Assembly: GCA_964106645.2 (NCBI GenBank)
Contig: OZ067053.1
Reading direction: 5' to 3' (one strand)
DNA from: Podarcis pityusensis
Taxonomy: Eukaryota
DNA length: 64,000 bases
Shown: piece by piece, positions 1-12,514 of the stretch
How positions within the stretch are numbered: the stretch's first letter is position 1
How the letters are laid out: the number at the start of each line of letters is the position of its first letter
Made by a program: the position numbers and the translations under genes
Notes under the pieces: generated by a model
The model's database searches: none
What the model saw: only the letters and a program-made list of their open reading frames with translations
What the model was told of the DNA's origin: nothing

Positions 1-6
1 ATCTCA

Positions 7-529
7 TGTAACACAGGTCAACTGAAAGCTCTTTGTACTTAGTATAGAAACAAGGTGTTATTTAAGAAAACTGAAAATGCACCAAGTTCATAGCTGTAAT
101 GGTTCAAGGGGTTGCTCGTGCCTAAGCCGGTGCCCACACCTGGCTGGGTTGCCTAAGTGAACCTTTTCTGTCCGGACAGCCACTCACCCGTGGCTGTCTC
201 AGTCGCTGGCAGAATCCGTCAGTGGACGTTTCTTAAACTTCTTCCAGCATAGAAGTTCTTTCACGCCCAGTCGCCTCCTACTTTCCCTGCGCGGAAGCCT
301 TCTGCGCAAGGAAGGCGTAGGCAGCGGAGGACCCTTCCTCCCCCCACTGGTCCCAGGCAAGGAGTCATGTGACTCCCTCTCAGATTCCCCCATCTGCCCC
401 CCTTCTCCACTGGAGCTGAGCTGATTCCCTTCCCCAGAAGATGGGCTGCCTCTCCCAATCCCGTGACGCTCTCTGGGATCCCTCTGGAGCTCTCTCTCTC
501 CCTCCGGCACTGATGGAAGTTCCCTGACA
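7..529 (-). mobile_element. Probable solo LTR inserted in the leader-V intron of V1
   Basis: TGTAA...TGACA termini. The flanks (atctca / atagcg...aaag) rejoin into sequence like the V3 intron (gctcatagta...agaag). No clean TSD. Confidence 0.45.
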
Positions 530-563
530 ATAGCGTTTGCCTTTTCTGTTTTGTTTTTTAAAG

Positions 564-865
564 GTGTCACTTCCCAGTCAGCCTGGACTCAGCCTGCTTC
601 AGAGTCTGTGACCCTGGGGCAAACGGTTAAACTCTCCTGTATCACTAATGATGGCAGCCATTACATTCCCTGGTATCAACAGAGATCTGGAGAAGCCCCT
701 CGTTTTGTGCACTGTGAGAGTTGCAGCAGCAGGGGAGAAGGGATCCCAGATCGGTTCACTGCTTCCCGCTCAGGTAGCATTGGCTATTTAACCATCACCA
801 ATGCAGAGGCTGAAGACGAGGCCGGTTATTACTGTGGCAGGTGGAATACAGCTGGTAATGTGTTC
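564..865 (+). CDS. IGLV: Ig lambda V exon V1 (leader upstream of window); CxxC family
   Basis: AG acceptor 562-563. QSAWTQPAS..LSC..WYQQ..HCESC..YYCGRW. 23-RSS 866-904: CACGGTG-23-ACAAAAACC. Confidence 0.9.
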
Positions 866-1294
866 CACGGTGGTACATTCTTATGGGAAACTGAGACAAA
901 AACCTTGCCTCTTCTGCCCCAGAGCCATGACATGCGAATGTTGAAGAAGAACTTCATATGCTTTGATCCTGCGGCTGTTGTCAAGTCAGACATCCGTTGG
1001 AGAGAAAGAAACCCATTTGTGCTTTCAACTCCTTCATAGCAGCAGAGCCATGTACTTGTCAAACCCACCGCACAACCAAGTCTCCATCCAGAGGAGCCAG
1101 GCCTCTGAAGACACTTATTTGTGGATCAAGGAGGCTTGGGACTTTATATCACAGCCAGATGTGAGTCCGCTTTAGGAAATGTCTGTTGCACTTCCATTTA
1201 GAGTCTGTTCATTAGCTACTGGGGTAACCATCGTGTAGATAATGCAGACACATATTCTTTCTTAGGAACCCTATAGAACTTTGTTGCAAGTGTA

Positions 1295-1663
1295 AAAGGT
1301 AAAGAAAAAAGGTAAAGGATCCTTGGACAGTTAAGTCCAGTCAAAGGCGACTATGGGGTTGCAACACTTATCTCGCTTTCAGGCTGAAGGAGCTGGCGTT
1401 TGTTCACAGCATGACTAAACTGCTTCTGGCACAATGGGATACCGTGATGGAAATCAGAGTGCACGGAAATGCCATTTACCTTCCCATCACAGCGGTACCT
1501 ATTTATCTACTTGCACTTTGACGTGCTTTTGAACTGCTAGGTTGGCAGGAGCTGGGACAGAGCAACGGGAGCTCACCCTGTCACGGGGATTCGAACCACC
1601 GACCTTCTGATCGGCAAGCCCAAGAGGCTCAGTGGTTTAACTCACAGCGCCACCCGTGTCCCC
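1295..1663 (-). mobile_element. Sauria SINE
   Basis: Reverse complement of the GGGACACGGGTGGCGCTGTG head and (ACCTTT)n tail. TGCAAGTGTAAA occurs on both sides. Confidence 0.85.
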
Positions 1664-2415
1664 TTTATCTGCAAGTGTAAATAATCACACACACACAGTT
1701 TATTATCAATTTGTGAATAAATCATATTTCTTAAAGCCACGACAGTCTCTGCCACGTCTTTAATTCTCCAGAGGAGCACAAACCCTGGAAACCCCCTGGA
1801 ATCCTGCTACCACTAGGCTGTGTGTGTGTGTGTGGGTGGGTGGGAGGGGTGGTGCCCAACCTTTGTAGCAGGAGCAATGCCATGACTGCGACAAAACTCT
1901 TTCTTGCCGGAGTGAGGAAATGTGAATGTTTTTCTAAAAATGTAAATACGATCTATTCCTGCGGTTGTTGCCAAGTCAAATTTACTATGGACAGAACTTG
2001 TAAGTCATCTGATGTCTTAAAAGTCTTCTGTTTCTTCCTGTCACCTGTGTCTGCAGCTGGTGTCATGTCAACCCTGCAATGCACCGAACTGGAAGAGACA
2101 GGAAACCCTTTGCAGAAGGAGGTGGGACTTCAAAGATGACCATGCACCTTCCAAGCCAAGGAACGGCCTGTCCCTTTTTGCCACCTGAGGTGAAATTGGG
2201 ATTTGCTACTCCCTGCCCCACTGCTATACCCCTGCCCACCCCACTTCTGCCACTGCTGAAAAGCCGCCTATCACTGCACTTGGTGAGAAACAGGGAATTA
2301 TGTCATGCAATGCTGCTCACCGGAACGCCTCCCTCTTGATGACAAGAGGGTTCTGGCGTTCTGGCGGCAGTGGAGTAGGCAGAGAGGTTGTGCCAATTCC
2401 CAAGCGTTCACAATA

Positions 2416-2667
2416 CAGCAGTACCTTGGTTTTCAAACGTAATCCTTCCCGGAAAACCGTTTGAGTTCCGAAACGTTCGAAAACCGAGGTGCAAAGGGCG
2501 GTCTGCAAATTTAATAGAGACAATTGAGAAAAATAACATATACACTCAGCGGAAGCTCTCCGACTTCTGAGGCGCGTTCAAAAACGGAAGCATTTACTTC
2601 CAGGTTTACGGCGTTCGAGTTCTGAAGTGTTCGTCAACAGAGACGCTCGAAAACTGAGGTACCACTG
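2416..2667. mobile_element. Tc1/mariner-type MITE
   Basis: TIR CAGCAGTACCT...AGGTACCACTG flanked by TA. Confidence 0.75.
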
Positions 2668-3355
2668 TATTCACATGTGAGATGATCCACACTAAAAAAT
2701 TAGTGCTCCTTGGATCCCTGTTTTTCTTTAGACTGACTTTTATGCAAATTTGTCCTATGGTCATTGGTTATGTCCAAATATCCCATAATGCTTTACAGCA
2801 GGCGCATCCAACTCCCAAGAGACTGTGATCTACTCTCAGTATAAAAAACAGGCATTGATCTACCCATTGTTATTGCCTAGAGTTATTGAGCTTTTTGGGG
2901 GGGAGGATTGACCAGACCCTTTTTTCGAACTGGCTTTTTATGATCTTTATTTTTTTATAGTTCTCTATGCAGGTTTTAATATTTGAATATTTAGATCTGT
3001 GCTAAAGGAGAATGTGTACAGATAACTGAGGGTTGGAAAAGGAAGGGATCTATCTGAGAGATGGATCAGAGTGGGTTTTGTCAAGGTTTGAGGCGGAGGC
3101 ATGAGGGAGACCTCCCAGGTGGGAGATGGGGTGACTCAGCTCTCGATATGCGGATGGAAGATTGAGATGAAAGGTTGATAGAGGGCTATACATAGATATA
3201 ATTGCGTTTTATGAGAATCATGAATATTGCTACAAAGTTCGTCAGCCAAGTAAAGTGTTCAAAAATTGATAAGATGGTGTGGTGTCCAGAAAAATGCACA
3301 CATTACTGAAAATGATATACGAAAATGCATAGTTCTAGGGAGAAACATGTGTATA

Positions 3356-3597
3356 CAGTGGTACCTTGGGTTACATATGCTTCAGGTTACATACGCTTCA
3401 GGTTACAGACTCCGCTAACCCAGAAATAGTGTCTCAGGTTAAGAACTTTGCTTTAGGATAAGAACAGAAATCGTGCTCCGGCGGTGTGGCGGCAGCAGGA
3501 GGCCCCATTAGCTAAAGTGGTGCTTCAGGTTAAGAACAGTTTCAGGTTAAGAACAGACCTCCGGAATGAATTAAATACTTAACCCGAGGTACCACTG
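3356..3597. mobile_element. Tc1/mariner-type MITE
   Basis: TIR CAGTGGTACCTTGGGTTA...TAACCCGAGGTACCACTG with TA TSD. Same family at 24105, 25864 and 34305. Confidence 0.85.
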
Positions 3598-4190
3598 TAT
3601 TAGGAAGAATTGTATATAAAAAATGGAAATCCAAACTATTCAGACAAATTCACACTGAAGTGCTGGTGAATTTTCATGAGGACTTTTAAATTCCCCTTTG
3701 CAAACTGCTTTTGAAATGTGGAGAAAGGAAGTTAAGACGGGGAAAGAGAAATACTGAAAGAAAGGAACATTGACAGATCTGCCCATTCAGCTCAATCCTA
3801 CTTCTCCGGACTAAGTCATATTGGACTCACTGGGATTTTGTGCAGTACAATATTGCAAATCTAGTTCCATCTCTTTTCGCTTCAGATAGATTGTTATTGT
3901 TCTCTTAGACTGGACCAAGGAATGGTGAATTAATGTGTTTCCTTCTTACGTAAGGGTTTGAATGCCACAATCTCTTCCCATCTCCATCTCTCATCTTCTG
4001 CTTTGAAGGAACTGAAGCTCAGAAGCTCTTTCCTCACCATATATGGAGCTTCTCCTGCAAGGGCGGAGAGACCTACTGACATGTGATTGGTGGGGGAGTG
4101 ACATTCTTCTCCTATAAAGAGCAAATCACTGAGATCCCTGGCAGAGACCCCCTTTGTCTCACGATGCAGAGTGTATCAGGATTTCTCTCC

Positions 4191-4697
4191 ATGGCCTGGT
4201 CCTTCCTGGTCCTCCTCTTGTTCCTCACTTATCCTTCAGGTAATATAATCAGCTAAACCCTTGAGAGCAGATCTGTGATGAGCCCCACCTGAGTCCCAAA
4301 GCTTCTACTGAGGTCTTCCTATGGTTTTTCTACAATTATTTCTCTTTGGGATTTCTATCTCCTTGCAGGTTCCTCCTCCCAGCCAGTGCTGACTCAGAGG
4401 CCCTCAGCATCCTTTTCCTCAGGTGAGACAGTCCGTCTCTCCTGCACCTTGAATGCTGGATACAGTATCAGCAGCTATAGGGTCAGGTGGTACCAGCAGA
4501 TATCAGGTGGTGCCCCACGGTTTGTATACCAGTACTATAAACCTAGTGATCAGGGCAGAGGCACCGAGGTCCCAGAGAGATTCAGTGTCTCCCCTGATTC
4601 CTCCAGCAACCTCTGGAATTTAGTGATCACAGGCGCTAAAGCTGAGGATGAGGCTGATTATTACTGTTGCACATGGGATAGCAGCAGAAGCATGTTC
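4191..4697 (+). CDS. IGLV: Ig lambda V gene V2 (long-CDR2 family); leader 4191-4239, V exon 4369-4697
   Basis: Leader MAWSFLVLLLFLTYPS, GT-AG intron, QPVLTQRPS..LSC..WYQQ..YYCCTW. RSS 4698-4736: CACAGTG-23-ACAAAAACC. Confidence 0.93.
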
Positions 4698-5307
4698 CAC
4701 AGTGGTACAATCTGATGGGGAACTGCGACAAAAACCTTCACTCACCCTCCCCAGAGAGGTGAAAATGAAAATGCTTAAAGACTTGGCTTCAGTCTGTTCC
4801 CACAGCTGCTCGAATCCCTGGTTTGGAAGAGACTTACTGGGCAGCCTCTCTCACGTCCTTCTGGAAGACATGACCACCTGCACAGGTTCATCGGTGGGAC
4901 ATATCTGATAAAGAAAGCAAAAGACATCTCTGCTCCACCTGTGTCACGATCTCGTTGGTTTAATTAGGCTTAATTAGGCAGCAAGCAGACTCCTTCAGTT
5001 TTCAAGCAGTCTTATTATATACAGTGGGCATGTACAACACATCGATCACGATTGACTGGTGGAACCTGTGACTGATTATGGTCGGTTACAGGTTGATTGA
5101 TGTGCTCCTAGGGGGGTACGTAAGGGAGATGCTGCCCTGCCGCCTCCGAGGGAGAGCTGGTGTGTGCGTGTGCATGCTGGCTTGCTACCCTTCCCGCTGT
5201 GCTCTGAGCGCTGGCGGTGGGGTGGGATGCTGCATGAGGGAGAGGTAGAGGGAAAGGGAGAGGGAGAGGGACAGAAGCAGGGAAGGCCATATTATGCAAA
5301 GGAAAGT

Positions 5308-5661
5308 GGGACACGGGTGGTGCTGTGGGTGAAACCACAGAACTTAGGACTTGCCGATCAGAAGGTCGGCGGTTCAAATCCCCGTGACAGGGTGAGCTCC
5401 CGTTGCTCGGTCCCTGCTCCTGCCAACCTAGCAGTTTGAAAGCACATCAAAGTGCAAGTAGATAAATAGGTACCACTCTGGCGGGAAGGTAAACAGCATT
5501 TCCGTGTGCTGCTCTGGTTTGCCAGAAGCGGCTTAGTCATGCTGGCCATATGACCCAGAAGCTGTATGCCGGCTCCCTCGGCCAGTAAAGCGAGATGAGC
5601 GCCGCAACCCCAGAGTCGGTCATGACTGGACCTAATGGTCAGGGGTCCCTTTACCTTTACC
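5308..5661 (+). mobile_element. Sauria SINE
   Basis: GGGACACGGGTGGTGCTGTGGG head, CCTTTACCTTTACC tail, flanked by TATG(C/T)AAAGGAAA. Confidence 0.88.
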
Positions 5662-6390
5662 TATGTAAAGGAAAACTCAACCACTTTAACGTTTCCATGA
5701 GGGAAAGATACATATGTGGAGAGCTCACCATACGAAAAATGATCAATTTTGCCCCCCCCATCCCATGTTAGAAATTATCACAAGCGACATGTTGAACACT
5801 AGATCAAAGTGTTCTCATGATCCATTTTCAAAACACTAGGTATTCCTGGGTTTTATCGACGTGGGATATGCCATCCTCTCTGTCTTGTTCTCCTCCTGGT
5901 GAAGCATATTCTATATTTTCAAAATGGCCTTCAGGCAAATTTGCCCCCAGGTCCTATGCTTCAGTGTCCCAAAAGACTCTGTGGAAATGAGAAGTCCGAG
6001 GCAAGGCCTTCACTCTTCTGTTTAATTCTGTGCCTTCCGTGTTCTGCTATGAAACCTTCTTTATTTATGCTTGCTAAGCTGCCTTTCACCACTAGGGGAA
6101 GATATTGGCCCTGTTTTCTGACAGAAATGAACCGATCACAAAGACCCCTTTGGAAATGTGCTGGGAAACAGAAAAGGGGAATGTTTTAGGGACATGGTTG
6201 CTCTTTCTGAGCTGTACTCCTTTACTTTATTTAACATCTGTGCTTACAGCCCATCCTTAACCAAAGGCACCAGGAAGATGACAAAAATACCCTTTGCACA
6301 TTTGACCACCCCATTGAACTGAGAGGAATTTTCTGATTTTCCTTCAGGTCAAACCAAGGACTTGTCCTACCCCTTTTCAAGATGCCCATA

Positions 6391-6530
6391 ATGCAAATTT
6401 GTCATTCTGTCCTGTGCTTGAATGTCCCACAATGCCCTGCAGGAACATGAAGTTCTAGCAGAGGCGATCAGCTGATCACCGAGGACATTTGCATGAAGAA
6501 GGGGCAACTCTTCTACTCTGGAGGATTTAA
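6391..6530 (+). promoter_or_regulatory. V3 promoter: two opposed octamers plus TATA-like element
   Basis: ATGCAAAT 6391-6398, ATTTGCAT 6487-6494, GATTTAAG near 6523. The layout recurs upstream of most V genes. Confidence 0.8.
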
Positions 6531-6584
6531 GAGAGGAGAGGGGATGATTCCTTGAGTAAGCCAAAGACTTCTGGAGAACTCACC

Positions 6585-7071
6585 ATGGGCCAATTTCTGT
6601 TTCTCCTTGCTCTTTTCACTTACTGCTCAGGTAGGACTGTGGAGATGACCTCATGATATGTAGACCAAGCGAAGCTCTTTGTATTTATCAATGGAATATA
6701 TTACTTGGTGGGTGTTTGAAAGTGCATCCAGCTCATAGTACATGTTCTTTCTGGTTTTCCTTTTAGAAGGTGTCACTTCCCAGTCAGCTTGGACTCAGCC
6801 TGCCTCTGAGTCGGCGACCCTGGGACAAACAGCTAAACTCTCCTGTACCACTAATGATGGCAGCCAAAGAATTCACTGGTATCAACAGAGATCTGGAGAA
6901 GCCCCTCTCTTTCTGCACTGTGAGGGTTGCAGCAACAGGGGAGAAGGGATCCCAGATCGGTTCACTGCTTCCCGCTCTGGGAGCATTGGCTATTTGACCA
7001 TCACCAACATCCAGGCTGGAGACGAGGCAGTTTATTACTGTGGTAGGTGGAATACGGCTGGTATCGTGTTC
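6585..7071 (+). CDS. IGLV: Ig lambda V gene V3; leader 6585-6630, V exon 6770-7071
   Basis: Leader MGQFLFLLALFTYCS, HCEGC in CDR2, YYCGRW. RSS 7072-7110: CACGGTG-23-ACAAAAACC. Confidence 0.93.
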
Positions 7072-7435
7072 CACGGTGGTACAATCTGATGGGGAACTGA
7101 GACAAAAACCTAGCCTCTTCCTCCCAAGAGGGGTGAAATGTGAATGCTGTAGAAGAACTTCACATGGTCTGGGTGGCTCTGCAGCAGATGTCAAGTCAAC
7201 CCTACCGTGGAAAGATCAGAAAGTGACACAAGGAATTCACAAAACTCTTGTTTATTATTTCTGTTTGGAAAATTGCACCACATGCCTCTGTATTGCACCA
7301 CATGGCTCTTCTGTGGCTATGGCAAGGTAGAAGATTCAGATGAATCGTATCCGTGTTGCATGCAGAGGTAAAGGGAGACCACAGAAATCTGCATCTACAT
7401 TTTTTTGTTGGGGATAATTCGGACAGACATTTCCA

Positions 7436-7870
7436 GGTGTCAAAAAATGTCATTTATGTATGTGGCCCATGCTTAGTTAGCCCCAAAATGGATATGGAAA
7501 TGGAAATGGAAAATGAAAATGGAAAATGAGTGAGATCCCAGCTAAAGAAGAATGGCAACTTACGGTAAACTGATGGAATATGTGCACCTTGCAGACCTAA
7601 CATACAGAATACGAGAACAAGAAGAACATACGTTTGAAGAAGATTGGAAAATGTTTATTGAATATATGGGGGGAAATTGTGTACACTTGAAAAGTTGGCA
7701 GCATTCAGATAAATTCAACAGTGTAAACAAGTTTTGATGGATGTAATAATGGACTGCTGAATGGTTTCGTTTATGTAAAATATGCAGGGATTTGTGATAT
7801 GCAAAATGAACCATGGAAAGAGAAGAAGGGACGTCGCTGACATTTTAAGGTTGTTTAAATGAATATTCTG
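7436..7870 (+). mobile_element. Degenerate L1-like 3' fragment
   Basis: Translates to ..KLMEYVHLADLTYRIREQEEHTFEEDWKMFIEY, similar to the L1 ORF2 C-terminus near 47340-47460. Confidence 0.65.
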
Positions 7871-7911
7871 TTTTATACTTTAGAATATTCATTTAAACAA
7901 CCTTAAAATGT
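7840..7911. repeat. Perfect 30-bp inverted repeat with 12-nt spacer
   Basis: ACATTTTAAGGTTGTTTAAATGAATATTCT (7840-7869) and its exact reverse complement (7882-7911). Confidence 0.9.
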
Positions 7912-7912
7912 A

Positions 7913-7945
<33 letters not shown>

Positions 7946-8042
7946 GCATCTAAAACCCAGTTCAGAGCTTCTCATCTTCTTAAGAGTGGGAAGGCAGCAC
8001 AAGGGAATTGTGGGTAGTGGCAGAACATCACATAGCTTAGAG

Positions 8043-8364
8043 CAGGGGTCAGAAAACTTTTTCAGCAGGGGGCTGGTCCACTGTCCCTCAGACCTTGTGG
8101 GGAGCCGGACTATATTTTGAAAAAAAATAATGAACGAATTCCTATGCCCGACAAATAACCCAGAGATTCATTTTAAATAAAAGCACACATTCTACTCATG
8201 TAAAAACACCAGGCAGGCCCCACAAATAACCTAGAGATGCATTTTAAATAAAAGGACACATTCTACTCCTGTAAAAACACGTTGATTCCTGGACCATCTG
8301 CTGGCCGGATTTAGAAGGCGATTGGGCCAAATTCAGCCCCCGGGCCTTAGCTTGCCTACCCATG
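8043..8364. mobile_element. hAT-type MITE
   Basis: CAGGGGTCAG...CCTACCCATG with 8-bp TSD GCTTAGAG/GTTTAGAG. An inverted copy lies at 63341-63588. Confidence 0.8.
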
Positions 8365-8984
8365 GTTTAGAGGGTATGTGTGGCACAGCAGACACTTTCT
8401 GTTTTGGGTGGTGGGAGCTTATTGCTACAAAATGTGACCAGTTTATAGACTTTCCACACATTATGTGGCCATAAACCTATTTTGCCAGCAAGTGGACTCT
8501 GAACAGGGAACTACAGACAGTCACCTCCCTAAGACTTGAGCCTCTACATGGTGATGGGGGAATCTGTCAGTTTCTGTTTTCTCCCAGTTTCTTATTTTTC
8601 CCGTTCCGTTCCTCATACTTCCACATCTGCTTGCAATTTTCCCTTAAAGTCCGCATGAAAATTCACCAGCATCACAATGCAAACTTCTAGTACACACACA
8701 TTTTGTATGCCTCTTTGCCTACTATACACGGTTTGGCAAAACATCCTCAAAGACAGTACAGTTTGGTATGTTCTTTTCATAGGTATATATGCATTTCCAT
8801 GCACACATTACTCTAGTACATGCATTGTTGTACACATGAATTGGCTGCTGAACTACCTTGCAAAATTAAGAGAAGTGTGAATTTTTTGAGGACGGCTGTA
8901 TTTGCACATTGTTTCGGAATAAGCAGACTTGGCAGATTTGCCTTTCAATGCGATCTGAACACCACCTCCATTTCAAAGAGACTG

Positions 8985-9450
8985 AATCATAGACTTAAAG
9001 AATTGTAGAATTGGAAGAGACCCCCCAAAACCATCTAGTCCAACCCCCTGCAATGCAGGAAACTAAAGATTCCTTGACAGGTGGCTGCTTAGAAACCTCC
9101 AATGAAGGTCTACATCTTCAGAGGCCATCCCTTCCACTGTCAAATAGATTTTACTGTCAGGAAGTTTTTCCTAATGTTTAGTGGGGAGCTCCTCTCGTGT
9201 CATTTGAATCCACTGGTTCGGATCTTACCCTCTGGAGCAGCAGGAAACAAGCTTTCTCCATCTTCAGTGTGACAGCCCTTTAGATATATGAAGATGGTTT
9301 CATATCACCTCTCAGTCTTCTCTTTACCGGGATAAACATACAGAATTCCCTCAACCACCCTTCATAAGGATTGGTTTCCATACCCTTGATAATGGTTGCC
9401 CCGCTTGACACTCCAGCTTGTCAATATCTTTCTTGAACTGTGGTACCCAG
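8985..9450 (-). mobile_element. CR1-type LINE 3' fragment
   Basis: GAATCATAGA..GAATTGTAGAATTGGAAGAGACCC..ATCTAGTCCAACCCCCTG resembles a reversed CR1 3' end. Boundaries approximate. Confidence 0.65.
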
Positions 9451-9677
9451 TAGTTACGGTATCATCAATTATCTTGTATCTGAGTATTTTTATTCCTGGT
9501 ATCTGTCGGTTTCTGTGTCGCAGGAAGCTAGGGGACAAACAGGGGAGTGCAGTGGCTGTGTTGAGAATTGTGTGGTTCTGAGTTCAAATGTCAACCCATG
9601 GATTCCACTATGAGAAGTCCACTTCTCCATTCTCAGTTCCCCATGTGCAACAATATAATGTAATCTAAAGCCCTTGA

Positions 9678-9679
<2 letters not shown>

Positions 9680-9716
<37 letters not shown>
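9680..9716. repeat. (CT)n microsatellite
   Basis: Directly visible in the sequence. Confidence 0.95.
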
Positions 9717-9721
<5 letters not shown>

Positions 9722-10258
9722 TTCTTCCTTTGGAGAACTCAAGACAACGTAAATAGGATCCCCAAATGGTCTTAAATCCATGGACTGACCGATCCAAGAT
9801 CTGCCATAATGAAATAGACCCAGTGAAGCTTTTGCTGTAATTAATTTATTTGCTTTTAAGGAGTCACAAACTTTCCATTATTTTCTGCAATGTCATCAAG
9901 ACTTCTAAGCCCTGACCAACTGGGGTGACTCAGAGACACTCCCGGTGGAAAATCCTCACTTTGTAATGATCAAAACAAACCTTATGAGAATTTGGGATCT
10001 GACCCCTGTCTCACACCTGTACAGCAGTAGAAAGTTTCATGATAGTGCTGTCAGATGAAGAAGAGAGTCAAAAATCTTCACTCCTCTGTGCCTTCTGTGT
10101 TTTGCGATGAAACCTTCTTTATTTGAGGCCTGCTCAGCATCAAATGATCACAAAGACCACAGAGCACATTTGCATGAAGGGGCAGCTCCTCAGCTCTGGG
10201 GGATTTAAGAGAGGAAGTTTCCTTCAGAAGTTCAAACTCCTCTGGAGAGCTCACCATC

Positions 10259-10715
10259 ATGTCTTCATTTCTCTTTCTCCTTGCTCTTTTTATTTACTGC
10301 TCAGGTAAAGCTGAAGAGCAGATCTCATGTTCCATTGGCTAAACAAAAGCTAACTGCATTTATCATATTTCCTTATTTGAGAACACTGAAAATGTTCCTT
10401 TTTCTCAATTCTCTTAAAACAGGTGTCACCTGCCAGTCAATTTGCACTCAGCCTGCCTCCGAGTCTGTGTCGCCGGGTGAAACCATTAAACTCTCCGGCA
10501 CAACTAGTGATACTGGCTCTGCTGTTCGCTCGTATCAACAGAGATCAGGGCAGGTCCCTCGATTTGTGCAGTATGAAGGTAGCAGCAGGGGAGAAGGGAT
10601 CCCGGATCGATTCACAGCTTCTCGCTCTGGGAACATTGGCTATTTAACCATCACCAATGTCCAGGCTGAAGACGAGGCCGTTTATCATTGTGGCAGATGG
10701 TATAATAACCTGTTT
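10259..10715 (+). pseudogene. IGLV: Ig lambda V4, in frame but lacking conserved Cys23 and Trp41; leader 10259-10304, exon 10423-10715
   Basis: KLSGTT (Cys to Gly) and VRSYQQ (Trp to Ser). RSS 10716-10754 intact. Confidence 0.85.
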
Positions 10716-12514
10716 CACAGTGATACAAACCAACGGGGAAGTGGGACAAAAACCTTTCCTCTTCCACCAAACAGCAGTGATCTGTGAATGCTTGAAATAA
10801 ACTTCATATAGTCTGTCTCTACATCTGTTGTCAAGTCCATCCTACTCTGGATGGAACCAGAAGAGACAGAAAATTCTGAAGCCCCACCTCCTTCCCCTCC
10901 TTCCTCACAGCAGGACCTTGGAGCTGCCAGCCCAGAAGACCCTCAAGTCAGCCCTTCCTTGTAGATGAAAGAGCTGCTTTGGGAAAGTCAGGCTGCAGAC
11001 TTCATATCATTGCCAGATGGAAGTCTCTTTTAGGAATGGTGAGCTATAAGAGAAATGCCACCTGCTGACTGCTAGGTTGGGTCTTCATTGAGCCTATTTT
11101 AATGTTCTTATCATTTTTTGAGCATTATTGTTATTATTCTTATTGGTTCAAGTTGTGTGTTTGTATGTATAAATAACCCATATCATAAAGATAAGACAAT
11201 TGCTAATAGGCCTCATTCGAAAAGGAATGATGAACACTGGGAAATGCCTGGAACCCATGGAACCCCCCACCACTTGGAGTTTGGGGTGACGTGGAAAAAT
11301 AGGCTTTCTGCCTGCAGTTGTTGTCAAGTCCAACGTCTTCTGCCTAGAACTTGTAACAGATAAAAAGCACATTTGAAGACCCCCCCCTCTTGCCGCAGAG
11401 CAGGACCTCCATCATGTCTGCGCTCAGAGTCAGCACCACCACCTGGGCTGGATGGAAGTAGGAAGCCAAGCAGATGGGGGCACTTAATCCCATCCGCACT
11501 CTTGTTCCAGGCTGCTGGAGAGTCTGGTGGGAGTCCGCCAATTCTGCTCTCCCACGAAGGTCTCAGGGATAGCATTCTTGTCACTGTTGCCGGCTGCGTG
11601 CCTTTTCATCCCACTCTCCGCTCCTCATATGCCAGAAGGTGGCACCAGAGACTTTTGAAATAACAAGAATGAATGTTTTCTTCACCAAGTTCATGCAATA
11701 ATTTAAAGTTCTATAGTGTTGTACAGCGGGGGTAGGGAAACTCTGGCCTTTCTGAAGTTGTTGGACTCCTACTCCCATCAGCCCCTGCCAGCAAGAACAA
11801 AAGAAGGATGCAAAGAGCAGGCGGACCAATCGGCCCCTTTCTGTGCAGGAGGACATAGACTAGGCTGCCCAGAGTGCGCAGCTTGGTTTGTGCAGCCTGA
11901 GGAGTGGGTGTTCTTCCCCTCTTTTGAACTTCTCAATCCTTTGTTTCACTGATTCATTTCATAATATTTCTACACCACTTGATCGTATTAAAAAAGCCTC
12001 AAAGGTTATAAAGAGATAAGACAATGAAGAAAAAATCACAATGTTACTATAAAAAATAAAAAATAAAAATACAATAGTCAGACTGAACTTTCTAAGACTT
12101 TCTAAGAATTATGAGCTTTTTTCATTCTTACACAGTCCTCTGTCCCTCCTGCCCATATTAGGAATGGTCCCAAGTGAGATAGATGTGCCACTCCATAAAA
12201 AGCAGTGTTCCCAGGACCCAGGACTGATAGACGTCTTGTTGCAAAGAGGTCCTTTCAATGCAGTCTCATCACAATCTGCCTGAACTAAGGGCCAGTCTTG
12301 CTGCTTTGAGAAATCTCTTTTATGCAAATCTGCCCTTGGGCCCTTGGACTGAATGTCCTATGATGCTCTGCAGGATCTCCAAATCCCAATAGAGGCAATC
12401 GATGATCACAGAAGATATTTGCATGAAGGGGCAGCTCTTCAGCTCTGGGGTATTTAAGAGAGGAGTGAGGAAATTTCCTTCAGCAGTTCAAACTCCTCTG
12501 GAGAGCTCACCATC

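Noticed and set aside
866-1039. Read-through tails past the RSS in V1, V8 and V20 as VpreB-like tails
   Set aside because: These genes keep intact RSSs, so the tails are removed on rearrangement. Only V21 lacks the heptamer.
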